Source: an uncultured Acidobacteriota bacterium (GTDB taxonomy: Bacteria; Acidobacteriota; Thermoanaerobaculia; Gp7-AA8). Taken from it: a DNA stretch of 64,000 nt. Shown here one piece after another: positions 18,710 through 28,621 of this stretch; the stretch's first letter is position 1; every line of letters begins with the position of its first letter. Location of the stretch: positions 1,408,001 through 1,472,000 of the forward strand of contig CAWGHO010000003.1 in assembly GCA_963822445.1 (NCBI GenBank), given 5' to 3'. Position numbers and translations under genes: made by a program. The notes under the pieces are model-generated. The model was given only the letters and a program-made list of their open reading frames with translations. It had not been told where the DNA came from and searched no databases.

Positions 18710-19909
18710 TCACCCCGCCCGCAACGCATCCACCGGATCCATCCGCGCCGCGTGTCGCGCGGGAATCACTCCCGCCACCAGCCCCACCGTAACGGCGATG
18801 CTCTCCGCAAGCAGCGCGAACCACCACGGCGTGCTCACCGGGAGCGCGGGAAACACGAGCGTGAGCAGTTGCGCGATCAGCACGCCGAGCGCGAATCCGG
18901 CGGCACCTCCGACGGCCGCCAGTAGCGCGGCTTCGCCGAGAAACATCAGCACGATCTGCTGTTGCGTGGTTCCGATTGCTCGAAGCAGGCCGATCTCCGC
19001 GGTGCGTTCGCTGACGGCGATGGTCATGATCGTGAGGATGCCGACGCCGCCGACGAGCAGGGAGATGCTCCCAAGCGCGCCGACGGCGAAGGTGAGGACG
19101 CCGAGGACCGAGCCGAGGACGTCGATCATCTGCTCCTGGGTGATGATCGTGATGTCGTCGCGGCCGTGACGCGCGGCAATCACGCGGCGGATTCCGGAGG
19201 TCACCTCGTCGACATCCGCCTCGGGGTCATATGACGCGTGAAAGCCCGTGCATCCCTCGCGGTTGAACAACTCCATCGCGCGCGCGGTCGGGATCATCAC
19301 CATGTCGTCGAGATCCATCCCCACGAACTGCCCCTGCGTCTCCATCACCCCGACGATGTGAAAGCGCATGCCGCCGACGTCGAGTTGCTTGCCGAGCGGA
19401 TTGGCCGTGCCGAACAGCTCTTCCTTCGACTTCGAGCCGAGCACCGCCAGGGGTCGCGGAGCGTGCGGATCGTCATTCGGAAGAAACGATCCCGTCTTGA
19501 TCCGCATGCCGGTGATGGTCATCCACGCCGGGGTCATGCCGTAGACGTTGACGCGACGGCGGCGGCCATTTGCGGAGATCTCGGCGTTGCCGTCGGTCGT
19601 CGGATTCGTGGTGATGACGTGGCGCACGCGGCGCACGGCGATGGCGTCGTCGATGGTCAGCGGACGAACCGTGCCGAAGACGCCGATGGACACTCCGGCC
19701 GTGGCCACTTTCCCCGGCGTGACGATGATCAGGTTCGTGCCGAAGTGGCTGAACTCGGACAGCACGAAGTCGTGCAGCCCCTGGCCGATCGACGTCAGCA
19801 GGATGACCGAGGCGATGCCGACGGCGATGCCGAGCGCGGCGAGGATCGTGCGCATTCGATGTGCGCGCAGCGCGCCGAAGGTCAGCCGGATGAAGTCACT
19901 CGGCGCCAC
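18710..19909 (-). CDS. MacB-type ABC transporter permease
   Basis: 'SLLVGGVGILTIM..VSERTAEIGLLRAIG' and 'PARHAARMDPVDALR'. Confidence 0.92.
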   Translation of the reverse strand: MAPSDFIRLTFGALRAHRMRTILAALGIAVGIASVILLTSIGQGLHDFVLSEFSHFGTNLIIVTPGKVATAGVSIGVFGTVRPLTIDDAIAVRRVRHVITTNPTTDGNAEISANGRRRRVNVYGMTPAWMTITGMRIKTGSFLPNDDPHAPRPLAVLGSKSKEELFGTANPLGKQLDVGGMRFHIVGVMETQGQFVGMDLDDMVMIPTARAMELFNREGCTGFHASYDPEADVDEVTSGIRRVIAARHGRDDITIITQEQMIDVLGSVLGVLTFAVGALGSISLLVGGVGILTIMTIAVSERTAEIGLLRAIGTTQQQIVLMFLGEAALLAAVGGAAGFALGVLIAQLLTLVFPALPVSTPWWFALLAESIAVTVGLVAGVIPARHAARMDPVDALRAG

Positions 19910-19910
19910 G

Positions 19911-21119
19911 TCATCTCCTGTTCAGCGCGAGCGCGGGGTCGAGTGCGGCCGCCCGCCGTGCCGGAAGGACGCTGAAGGCGACGCCGCTGAGGATGGCGAT
20001 GGTGAACGCCGCGATCACCGCCCAGCCCGGCGCGAATGCGGGGATGGCTGGATAGATCCGGCGGATGAGCAGACTGCCGAGCTGGCCGAGGATCGATCCG
20101 GCGATGCCGCCCACGCCGGCGAGCACGATCGCCTCGGAAACGAAGATTCGCCGGATTTGCGAAGGCGATGCACCGATGGCTTTGAGCAGGCCGATCTCAC
20201 CGGTGCGTTGCGAGACGGCGATCAGCATCACGTTCATGATCAGGATTCCGGCGACGGCCAGGCTGATCGAGGCGATGCCGCCGAGGGCCAGGGTCAGCGC
20301 GAGCAGGATCCGGTCGAACGTCTTCACCACCGCATCCTCGGTGATGATGGTGACGTCCTCCTCGCCGCCGTGCCGCGCGGCAATCGTGCGGCGGACTTCC
20401 TCCTTCACCCGGTTCACCTGCTCGCGCGTGTTGGTTTCGACGCCGAGGCGCAGCAGCGAGGTGAGATTGAAGGTGACCTGTGCCGCCGCGATGGGGATGA
20501 TCGTTACTTCGTCGACGTTGACCCCGAGCATCTCGCCGCGCGGCGCGAGGACGCCGATGACGCGGAAGCGGCGGTCGCCGACGCGCACCCATTGACCGAG
20601 GGCTGCGCGCGAGCCGAACAGCTCGCGGCGGACATTCGTGCCGATCACGCAGACCCAGGTGACTTTTCGAGGGTCCTGCAGCGGAAGAAAGCGGCCCTGG
20701 GCCATGGAGAGGTTCCAGAGCGAGAACAGCGCGTCGGTCGTGCCGATCACCGGCACATCGCGGCGGCGGCCGTTCGCGGTGACCTCGCCGGAAACGAGAT
20801 TGACCGGCGCGACGCGCTGGACGCCGCGGATGCGATAGAGGGCGAGGGCGTCGTCGAGGGTGAGATCGCGCGGCGTGCGGCCGGAGATCATCCCGCCGAC
20901 GCCACCGACCGTCTCGGCGCGGCCGGGGAGAATCATCATGATGTTCGAGCCGAGGGCCTCGAACTGATTGCGGACGTAGCGGCGCGCGCCTTCGCCGAGG
21001 GAGGTGAGGACGACAACCGCGGCGACGCCGATCGAGGTGGCGAGGATCATCAGCAGCGTGCGGAGGCGGTAACCCCAGAGCGCGCGCCAGGCGAAGGTGG
21101 TGAGGTCGCGGGAAGTCAT
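19911..21119 (-). CDS. MacB-type ABC transporter permease
   Basis: 'ISLAVAGILIMNVM..RTGEIGLLKAIGA' and 'PARRAAALDP'. Confidence 0.92.
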   Translation of the reverse strand: MTSRDLTTFAWRALWGYRLRTLLMILATSIGVAAVVVLTSLGEGARRYVRNQFEALGSNIMMILPGRAETVGGVGGMISGRTPRDLTLDDALALYRIRGVQRVAPVNLVSGEVTANGRRRDVPVIGTTDALFSLWNLSMAQGRFLPLQDPRKVTWVCVIGTNVRRELFGSRAALGQWVRVGDRRFRVIGVLAPRGEMLGVNVDEVTIIPIAAAQVTFNLTSLLRLGVETNTREQVNRVKEEVRRTIAARHGGEEDVTIITEDAVVKTFDRILLALTLALGGIASISLAVAGILIMNVMLIAVSQRTGEIGLLKAIGASPSQIRRIFVSEAIVLAGVGGIAGSILGQLGSLLIRRIYPAIPAFAPGWAVIAAFTIAILSGVAFSVLPARRAAALDPALALNRR

Positions 21120-21784
21120 GCGTCGCTCTCCACCCTCCCATCGATCATCTGAATCTGCCTCTTCGCCCGCCCGCCCAGCAGCGGATCGTGCGTGACCATG
21201 ATCAGAGTCATGCCGCGCGTGTGCAGTTCTTCGAGCAGCGCCAGCACTTCCTTGCCGGTGTGCTGATCGAGATTGCCGGTCGGTTCGTCGGCGAGGATTG
21301 CCGCCGGTTTCATGACCATGGCCCGGGCGATGGCCACGCGCTGGCGCTCGCCGCCGGAGAGCTGGTCGGGACGATGGCGCGAGCGGTGGGCGATGCCGAA
21401 TTCCTCGAGCAAGCGCGCGACGCGCGGCGCACGCTCCGCTGGCGGAACGCCGGCGAGGACCAGCGGCAGCTCGACGTTTTCCGCGGCAGAGAGACGCGGG
21501 ACGAGGTGGAAGAACTGAAAGACGAAGCCGATCTTCTCGCGCCTCACGCGCGACTGCTCCTCGTCGCTGAGCGCGGTCACGTCTTCGTCGTCGAGCCGGT
21601 ACACGCCCTCCGTCGGACGATCGAGCAGACCGATGATGTTGAGCATCGTCGACTTGCCCGAGCCGGACGGGCCCATGATCGAGACGTATTCGCCGGCGCC
21701 GATCTCCAGGCTCACGTCGCGCAGGGCGTGCACGTCTTCATCGCCGACGTGAAACATCCGGCGGACGCGATCGAGATGGATCAT
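21116..21784 (-). CDS. ABC transporter ATP-binding protein (LolD/MacB-like)
   Basis: Walker [10 protein letters not shown]; LSGGE signature; '[11 protein letters not shown]'; ATGA overlap with the upstream gene. Confidence 0.95.
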   Translation of the reverse strand: MIHLDRVRRMFHVGDEDVHALRDVSLEIGAGEYVSIMGPSGSGKSTMLNIIGLLDRPTEGVYRLDDEDVTALSDEEQSRVRREKIGFVFQFFHLVPRLSAAENVELPLVLAGVPPAERAPRVARLLEEFGIAHRSRHRPDQLSGGERQRVAIARAMVMKPAAILADEPTGNLDQHTGKEVLALLEELHTRGMTLIMVTHDPLLGGRAKRQIQMIDGRVESDA

Positions 21785-22938
21785 TTCTTCGGTGCTGCTT
21801 CGGCAATCGCTCGCGCGCCGGCGACCACGCCTTCGCGCTCGACCGACAGCACGACCTTGTCGCCCGGCTCCAGGCCCGAGCGCACTTCGGTGTACTCCCA
21901 GTTCGAAAGGCCGGTCTCGATCTGCCGCTCGACGAGCTTCGCGTCGTCGGCTGTGTAGACGAGCACGCGATTGCCTTCCATCACCGCCTGCGTCGGCACG
22001 CGCACCACGTTCGCGCGTGTCTCGAGAATGATCTCGACATCCGCGCTGTAGCCGACGAGCAGTGCTTTCGCGTCTTCGGGATTGGTGAGCTCGATCTCGA
22101 CGTCGACGGTGCGGGCCTGCTTTTCGAGATCGAGCACGAACGGCGCGACGCGGCGAACGCGGCCCGGAAACTTGCGATCGGGAATGGCCTCGATGGTGAT
22201 GTTGCCGGGCTGCCCGACGCGCACGCGAGCGACGTCGACCTCGTCGATCGGCGCGGTGACGTAGAGACAGGTGTCGTCGATCAGATCGACGGCGGGCGGG
22301 GTAGGGATGCCGGGCGGGGAAGGGGTGGTGAACTCGCCCATCTCGCCGGTGATCTTGGCGACGACGCCCGCGAACGGCGCGCGCAGGACGGTGCGGGTAA
22401 GACTTGCCCGAACGACATCCACCCGCGCGCGGCTCTGCAGCAATTCGGCGCGTGTGGCATCGCACGCCGCGCGAAGCGTTTTCGCAGATGAGACCGCGCG
22501 ATCGAACTGCTCTTCGGGAACGAGACCGTCCGCGTGCAATTTTCGCGAGCGCGCAGCCTCCCGCTCGGCAACGTCGGCGCGCGAGCACGACTCTTCGGTC
22601 CGCAAAGCCGCGCTGCGAACCTGTTCATCGGCGACGCGAGCCTGGGCGACCGTATCGTCGTTCCACAACTCGAGCAGCACCTGCCCCGCGCGCACGCGAT
22701 CGCCTTCCTTGACCGGCAATCCGACGATCTGCCCGCCCGATGGCGGCGCGAGCTTCGCGCGCCGGCAGGCGTTGACCGTTCCCGCGCGGGTATTGGCGAC
22801 GGAACGCTCGACAGATCCGCGGTCGACGGTGGCAATGGCGACGCTCACCGCGTCCGATTGCATGGAGCGCCAGATCAAAAACGACCCGACCGCAGCGATG
22901 ACCGCGACGATCACAATCCGGCGGACCAGACGACTCAC
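21781..22938 (-). CDS. Efflux periplasmic adaptor subunit (MacA-like membrane fusion protein)
   Basis: 'LPVKEGDRVRAGQVL', 'LRAPFAGVV', 'SGLEPGDKVV'. Confidence 0.92.
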   Translation of the reverse strand: MSRLVRRIVIVAVIAAVGSFLIWRSMQSDAVSVAIATVDRGSVERSVANTRAGTVNACRRAKLAPPSGGQIVGLPVKEGDRVRAGQVLLELWNDDTVAQARVADEQVRSAALRTEESCSRADVAEREAARSRKLHADGLVPEEQFDRAVSSAKTLRAACDATRAELLQSRARVDVVRASLTRTVLRAPFAGVVAKITGEMGEFTTPSPPGIPTPPAVDLIDDTCLYVTAPIDEVDVARVRVGQPGNITIEAIPDRKFPGRVRRVAPFVLDLEKQARTVDVEIELTNPEDAKALLVGYSADVEIILETRANVVRVPTQAVMEGNRVLVYTADDAKLVERQIETGLSNWEYTEVRSGLEPGDKVVLSVEREGVVAGARAIAEAAPKK

Positions 22939-22988
22939 CCGGCTAGATTACGCGAACTGCAGCTATTCTTGTGCAGCAGGGGGAAGAG

Positions 22989-24167
22989 ATGATCCGTCCA
23001 ATCATCACGGTCCTGGTTCTCATCGTGTCTTCAGCGGTCCATGCGGCAACGACGCTCGCTCCATGCGGCGCGGAGCAGGCCGTGGCCGGCGTGACCACGC
23101 CGGCGGCAAATCCGCCGCGGGTGTTCTATCTATCCGATTACCTCACCGTTCACGTCTGCCATCTGAACGACTTCTTGGCCGAAGCAGAGCGCCAGCAGCA
23201 GACGGTGACGCTCTATCTCGACGGCGTCGACACGAAGAACTTCCCCGTGGCCGTGAATCGCGAAGAGGGCTCGATCACGTTCGTCGCCGATCGCAACGAC
23301 GCGAACAAGCAGCTCTGGCGGAACTGGCTGTACGACCCGCTGCAGGAGTCACGGCAGGAATTGCGGGTCAGCATCGGCCGCGGCGGCGACAGGCCGCTGC
23401 CGCGAGTGCCGAGCGCGAACACGAAAGTGCACCTCCACAAGATCTACGTGGACTGGTTCACGTGGCTTCTGGCGATCATCGTCGGCGGCATGGTCCTCGG
23501 CGTGCTCCTGGCTGGCAAACACACGGACATGCTTCGCGACGGCCCTTCCCTCGGCCCGATCCGGCAGACGTTCAGCCTGGCCCGCGCGCAGATGGCCTGG
23601 TGGTTCGTGCTCATTCTTCTCGGGTATGTCTTCGTCTGGCTGATCACCGGCGATCGCGACACCATCCCGGCGTCGCTCCTCGGATTGATGGGCATCAGCG
23701 CGGCCACGGCCGTCGCGGCGGTGTCGATCACTTCGGGAACGGCGAATCGCGCGGAGTCGCTGCGTGCGTCGCTGGACGCCGACATCGCGGCGATCGACGC
23801 GTCGCTCGAGCGGATCAATGTCTCGATGTCGACGAATCCCACGCTCGTGCCGGTGCTGGAGAAGAAGCGGGACGAACAGCAGCGCGCGCGCAACGCGCTC
23901 GTCGCGCGGTCGGCGAGCGTCACCGCGATCGTTCCTTCGCGAGGCTGGTGGCGGGACCTGATCAGCGACGACCGCGGCGGCGTGGCCCTCGACCGCGTTC
24001 AGATCCTGGTCTGGACGACGGTCCTCGGCATCATCTTTCTGAGCTCGGTGATTCTCGAGCTGACCATGCCCGAGTTCAGCGGAACGCTTCTGTCGCTGAT
24101 GGGAATCAGCTCCGGCACGTACATCGGATTCAAGATGCCGGCGGCGAAGAACAACGACGGAGCGTAA
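22989..24167 (+). CDS. Membrane protein with duplicated 'LxRxQxxxW...LLxLMGIS' module
   Basis: Signal peptide, soluble N-domain, two homologous TM hairpins separated by a coiled-coil-like segment. Confidence 0.75.
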   Translation: MIRPIITVLVLIVSSAVHAATTLAPCGAEQAVAGVTTPAANPPRVFYLSDYLTVHVCHLNDFLAEAERQQQTVTLYLDGVDTKNFPVAVNREEGSITFVADRNDANKQLWRNWLYDPLQESRQELRVSIGRGGDRPLPRVPSANTKVHLHKIYVDWFTWLLAIIVGGMVLGVLLAGKHTDMLRDGPSLGPIRQTFSLARAQMAWWFVLILLGYVFVWLITGDRDTIPASLLGLMGISAATAVAAVSITSGTANRAESLRASLDADIAAIDASLERINVSMSTNPTLVPVLEKKRDEQQRARNALVARSASVTAIVPSRGWWRDLISDDRGGVALDRVQILVWTTVLGIIFLSSVILELTMPEFSGTLLSLMGISSGTYIGFKMPAAKNNDGA

Positions 24168-24170
24168 GGA

Positions 24171-24422
24171 TTACCGCAACCTGCCGCCGCCGAAGAAGCG
24201 AATCGATCGGTAATGAAGATCGAAGTATTCGGCGGCGGCGCGGAGCGCGCTGCTGACCACCGATTCCTCCCGCTTCACGATTCCCTCGAGCGGCAGCCGC
24301 ATGTGGGCCGGCAGCTTGAAACGGCACCGGCGGCAGAGTGCGGTGCCATCGGTCTTTTCCAGATTGCATCGCGGACAGCTGCGGCGTTTGGCCAGTCTTT
24401 CGATCTGTTGTCTCGACAACAT
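24171..24422 (-). CDS. Small putative zinc-binding protein
   Basis: SD GGAGG; CPRC...CRRC. Confidence 0.65.
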   Translation of the reverse strand: MLSRQQIERLAKRRSCPRCNLEKTDGTALCRRCRFKLPAHMRLPLEGIVKREESVVSSALRAAAEYFDLHYRSIRFFGGGRLR

Positions 24423-24460
24423 CCCATCCTCCCTCTCTCCCGTTGATCGAGCACGTAGCG

Positions 24461-24496
24461 AAAAAAAAGAAAGGCCGGGCGAGCACCCGGCCTTTC
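24461..24496 (-). terminator. Intrinsic terminator upstream of 24171..24422
   Basis: GAAAGGCCGGG-loop-CCCGGCCTTTC followed by T8 on the minus strand. Confidence 0.8.
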
Positions 24497-24522
24497 GATC
24501 TGCACATGTTGTTGTGCACGGC

Positions 24523-24552
24523 AGGATAGAGGACGGTCCTGGAATCCGTCAA
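24523..24552 (-). promoter_or_regulatory. Putative sigma70 promoter
   Basis: TTGACG-18 nt-TATCCT on the minus strand. Confidence 0.5.
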
Positions 24553-24580
24553 CGGCATATCTCTGGCAGCGGCCGAACGC

Positions 24581-25684
24581 ATGAAACGCATTCGCTATGC
24601 AGTCATGGGCCTCGGCCACATCGCCCAGCAGGCGGTCCTCCCTTCGTTCGCCCACGCCAAAGGCAGCTCCACGCTCGCGGCGCTCATCTCAAGCGATCCG
24701 AAAAAACTGCGCGCGCTGGGCCGCAGGTATGGCGTCGAGCGGCTGTACAGCTACGACAAGTTCGATGAATGCATGAGCAGCGGCGAGGTCGATGCGCTCT
24801 ACATCGCCCTGCCCAATCACCTGCACGCGGAGTACACCGTTCGCGCGGCGCGGCATGGAATTCACGTGCTCTGTGAAAAGCCGATGGCCATGACGTCGAA
24901 GGATTGTCTGGCCATGATCCGGGCCTGCGAGAAGAACGACGTGCGGCTGATGATTGCCTACCGTCTGCACTTCGAGAAGGCGAACCTCTCCACGATCGAC
25001 ATGGTGCGGCGCGGCCGCATCGGCGAGCCGCGCCTCTTCAACTCGACGTTCACCATGGACGTAACCGCGGGGGACATCCGCCTGCGCGACGAGACCGGTG
25101 GCGGCACGCTCTGGGACATCGGCATCTACTGCATCAACGCCGCTCGTTATCTGTTTCGCGACGAGCCGGTCGAAGTCACCGGATTTTCAGCGAGCGGCGA
25201 GCAGGCGCGGTTCGGCGAGGTGGAAGAGATGTTCAGCGCCACGCTGCGCTTTCCGAAGGAGCGGCTCGCTTCGTTCGTCTGCAGCTTCGGCGCTTCGGAT
25301 TGCGCCGAGTACAGGATCGTCGGGACGAAAGGGGACATCCGTCTCGATCCAGCGTACGAATACGCGGTCGCGCTCGAGCAATTCGTGACCACCGGTGGCA
25401 AGCCGCGCGAGAAGACGTTCGCCAAGCGCGACCAGTTCGCGCCGGAGCTCGCCTATTTTTCGGACTGCATCAACCGCGGCGTCGAGCCGGAGCCGTCCGG
25501 CTGGGAAGGTCTCGCCGACGTGCGCATCATCGAGGCCGCCTATCGCGCGGCGAAGAAAGGGAAGGCCGTGTCTCTGCCTCCGTTCGAGAAGAGGGTTCGT
25601 CCGGCGGGCCGGCAGGAGATCCACCGTCCGCCCGTGCAACGGCCTCCGAAGACCATCAACGCGAAGCGGCCGACGCGGGACTAG
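24581..25684 (+). CDS. Gfo/Idh/MocA family oxidoreductase
   Basis: 'YAVMGLGHIA', 'HVLCEKPMA', 'GGGTLWDIGIY'. Confidence 0.92.
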   Translation: MKRIRYAVMGLGHIAQQAVLPSFAHAKGSSTLAALISSDPKKLRALGRRYGVERLYSYDKFDECMSSGEVDALYIALPNHLHAEYTVRAARHGIHVLCEKPMAMTSKDCLAMIRACEKNDVRLMIAYRLHFEKANLSTIDMVRRGRIGEPRLFNSTFTMDVTAGDIRLRDETGGGTLWDIGIYCINAARYLFRDEPVEVTGFSASGEQARFGEVEEMFSATLRFPKERLASFVCSFGASDCAEYRIVGTKGDIRLDPAYEYAVALEQFVTTGGKPREKTFAKRDQFAPELAYFSDCINRGVEPEPSGWEGLADVRIIEAAYRAAKKGKAVSLPPFEKRVRPAGRQEIHRPPVQRPPKTINAKRPTRD

Positions 25685-25827
25685 TCCCGAGCTCGCGACT
25701 GTACGCGGCAATCATCCGGTAACGGAGCCTTCCCCGGTGACTGGGCTCACCCTCCGGTAGCGATTCGCCGTGCAAGATGCCCGGACTTATCGATCCCCGT
25801 CGACTTCATCTCAGGAGTGCTCTCTCA

Positions 25828-28617
25828 GTGAAAAAGTGGTTTGTTCCCGGCCTGATCGGCGTGTGTCTGGTCTCCGCGGCGTTGGCGAAGGAGCCGCGGA
25901 CGGACAACGTCGCGCTGCCGAACCCGATCCTGTTCGTGGGGCAGGTTCCCCTTCCCGACGATTTCACCACCGTCGCCTCGACCTTCGGCAATCACCGCGG
26001 ACATCAGACCTCCGCCCCGCGCGGCGGCGATCTCTTCATCCTCTACCCGAGCGGCACGCTCAAGAACGTGACCCGGACCGCGGGCTTCGGAAACAGCGGC
26101 TTCCAGGGAGCGAGCTCCATCGCCGTGCGCGAGCCGAGCGTGCACTGGTCGGGCACCAAAGCCCTCTTCAGCATGGTCATCGGCGCGCCGACGCAGCAGT
26201 ACCAGGTGGCGACCTTCTTCTGGCAGATCTACGAGGTCACGAACCTCGGCGAGACCCAGACGCCGGTCATCACCAAGGTCGCCAACCAGCCGGCGAACTT
26301 CAACAACATCTCGCCGATCTACGGGACCGACGACCGGATCATCTTCACGACCGACCGCCCCCGCAACGGGCAGGCGCACCTTTATCCACAACTCGACGAA
26401 TACGAAGAGGCGCCGACGGTCACCGGCATCTGGAGCCTCAATCCGCTCAACGGCGACCTGCGGCTCCTCAATCACGCACCGTCCGGCGCCTTTACGCCGT
26501 CCATCGACAGCTTCGGCCGGCTGATCTTCACCCGCTGGGATCACCTCCAGCGCGATCAGCAGGCCGACGCCGACGCCGAGACTCCGGGCGAGTACGGCAC
26601 GTTCGATTTCTCCGACGAGAGCGCGGCCGCGCTGAAGCTCAATCAGCGCGTCGAGATCTTCCCGGAGCCGCGCGCGAGCAGTCTCCCTCCGGGCAGTAAT
26701 CTCGCCGGAAACAGCATCAATCACTTCTTCCCCTGGATGATGAACGAGGACGGCACGTCCGAAGAGACGCTCAACCACATCGGCCGTCACGAGCTGCACA
26801 ACTACTTCAGCAGGTCGTTCACCGACGATCCGGCGGTCATCGACTTCGGCTACTTCGACGGCATCCGTTTCAACACCAATCAGGCCGACGGCACGTTTCA
26901 GATCCGCGAGGATCCCGTGACGGCGGGTCGCTACTACGCGGTCGATTCCGTGGAGTTCGATTCCCACGCGGCGGGGCAGATCGTCAGCTTCTTCGCGCCG
27001 CCGAGCCAGAACCCCGATCAGATTCAGATCGACTACATCACCCCGCGCTCGACGAAGTTCTTCAGCGATCCGCCGGCGCCGGCCGATCACTCCGGCCACT
27101 ATCGCGATCCGCTGCCGCTGTCGAACGGCACGCTCGTCGCCGCGCACACGGCGGAAACGCGAGACGACACGAACATCGGCACCGGTGCGAATCCGCAGTC
27201 GCGCTACGACTTCCGCCTCAAGCCGATGACCCTGCAGGCGAGCGGCTTCTATCTTCCCGGCGCGCCCCTGACGGGCGGCATTCCCGCGACCATCTCGTAC
27301 TGGAGTCCCGACGTCCTCGTCTCCTGGACCGGGACGTTGTGGGAGATGAGCGCGGTGGAGATTCGCGCGCGAACGATCCCGGGGACCGCCACCACGCCGC
27401 TCGAACAGCCCGAGGTCAATGCCTTCGCCCAGGCGAACGTCGACGTGCAGCAGTTCCGGCAGTACCTCGCCGAAAACGACCTGGCCCTGATCGTGACGCG
27501 CAACGTCACGACCCGCGACAAGGCCGACAAGCAGCAGCCCGTGAATCTGCGCGTGCCCGGCGGTGTCAGCAGCATCGTCAATCCCTCGCAGAAGATCTAC
27601 GACGTGAGCCGGTTGCAGCTCTATCAGGCCGATCAGCTCCGCGGCATCGGCAGCTCGCCGCATCCCGCCGATCCGGCGCTCGTCACGGGCGGCCGGCAGG
27701 GGCGGCGTGTGCTCGCGCGGACGATGCACGATCCGGCGGCGATGGCCGCCAATCCCCCGGCCACGGTCAGCGCGCAGGGAAGCGTGCAGGTCGCACTGGA
27801 CGGCTCGGCCGCCGCGTTCGTGCCGGCGCGCCGGGCCATGACCTGGCAGCTCGCCGATCCGAATCACACCGGCGTCGTGCGCGAGCGCTACTGGCTCACG
27901 TTCCAGCCCGGAGAGGTGAGGGTGTGCGGCTCGTGCCACGGCGCAAACACCAAGACCCAGCTCGATCAGGATCCGCCGGTGAACACGCCGTCCGCGCTCA
28001 CCGTGCTGCTGCAGTTCTGGAAGGCGAAGCAGGCCACGATTCCTGCCGCGCCGGCGAATTTCAGCGCAACGACCACCTCGACGACGACCATCGGTCTGTC
28101 CTGGACCGCGTCCGCCGGCGCCACGCCGAGCACACAGTACGAGATCGCCCGCGCCTCGGCCTCGAGCCCGTTCGTGACGATCCACACCACATCCGCGACG
28201 AGCTTCACCGACAGCGTCACCGCCGGAACGGCGCACGTGTACAAAGTGCGAGCAATCGATCCGGCCGGGAACTCGCCGTATTCGTCACCCGACGTCGCGA
28301 CCACGTTCTTCTTCACCGACGACCCGCTCATTGCGCAGGCAACACGGATCAAAGCGCTTCACATCACCGAGCTTCGCCAGGCCGTGAACGTCTTCCGGGC
28401 CGCGGCCGGCCTGCCACCGGCGACGTTCACCGATCCAACGGTGTCCACCGCGATCGCGATCAAAGCCTCGCACTTCCGCGAGCTGCGCCTCGCCCTCAAT
28501 CAGGCGCGAGTCCCTCTGGGCCTGAGCAGCGTGACGTTCACCGACGCCACGCTGACGGAAGGAGCGACGCAGGTGCGCGCCGTTCACCTCGGCGAGCTGC
28601 GGGATGGGGTGAAGTAG
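25828..28617 (+). CDS. Secreted HzsA (hydrazine synthase alpha)-like beta-propeller protein with heme-c motif, FN3 and duplicated 'KAxHxxELR' tail
   Basis: SD AGGAG before GTG; TolB-like repeats; 'DGSAAAFVPA...QPGEVRVCGSCH' CxxCH; FN3 'LSW...Y.VRA'. Confidence 0.75.
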   Translation: MKKWFVPGLIGVCLVSAALAKEPRTDNVALPNPILFVGQVPLPDDFTTVASTFGNHRGHQTSAPRGGDLFILYPSGTLKNVTRTAGFGNSGFQGASSIAVREPSVHWSGTKALFSMVIGAPTQQYQVATFFWQIYEVTNLGETQTPVITKVANQPANFNNISPIYGTDDRIIFTTDRPRNGQAHLYPQLDEYEEAPTVTGIWSLNPLNGDLRLLNHAPSGAFTPSIDSFGRLIFTRWDHLQRDQQADADAETPGEYGTFDFSDESAAALKLNQRVEIFPEPRASSLPPGSNLAGNSINHFFPWMMNEDGTSEETLNHIGRHELHNYFSRSFTDDPAVIDFGYFDGIRFNTNQADGTFQIREDPVTAGRYYAVDSVEFDSHAAGQIVSFFAPPSQNPDQIQIDYITPRSTKFFSDPPAPADHSGHYRDPLPLSNGTLVAAHTAETRDDTNIGTGANPQSRYDFRLKPMTLQASGFYLPGAPLTGGIPATISYWSPDVLVSWTGTLWEMSAVEIRARTIPGTATTPLEQPEVNAFAQANVDVQQFRQYLAENDLALIVTRNVTTRDKADKQQPVNLRVPGGVSSIVNPSQKIYDVSRLQLYQADQLRGIGSSPHPADPALVTGGRQGRRVLARTMHDPAAMAANPPATVSAQGSVQVALDGSAAAFVPARRAMTWQLADPNHTGVVRERYWLTFQPGEVRVCGSCHGANTKTQLDQDPPVNTPSALTVLLQFWKAKQATIPAAPANFSATTTSTTTIGLSWTASAGATPSTQYEIARASASSPFVTIHTTSATSFTDSVTAGTAHVYKVRAIDPAGNSPYSSPDVATTFFFTDDPLIAQATRIKALHITELRQAVNVFRAAAGLPPATFTDPTVSTAIAIKASHFRELRLALNQARVPLGLSSVTFTDATLTEGATQVRAVHLGELRDGVK

Positions 28618-28621
28618 CGAG

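Noticed and set aside
25715-25764. Three CCGGTRRC-like direct repeats upstream of the HzsA-like gene as an operator
   Set aside because: Short and GC-rich; not distinguishable from chance without comparative data
25825-28236. Long antisense ORFs (803 aa here; also 15021..16736, 19548..21152, 22271..24256, 48213..49667, 60966..62288)
   Set aside because: Arg/Gly/Ala-rich shadow frames of real genes, expected in high-GC DNA
25828-28617. Evidence for anammox metabolism
   Set aside because: Only a lone HzsA-like domain with a surface-type tail; no hzsBC or hao-like genes in the window
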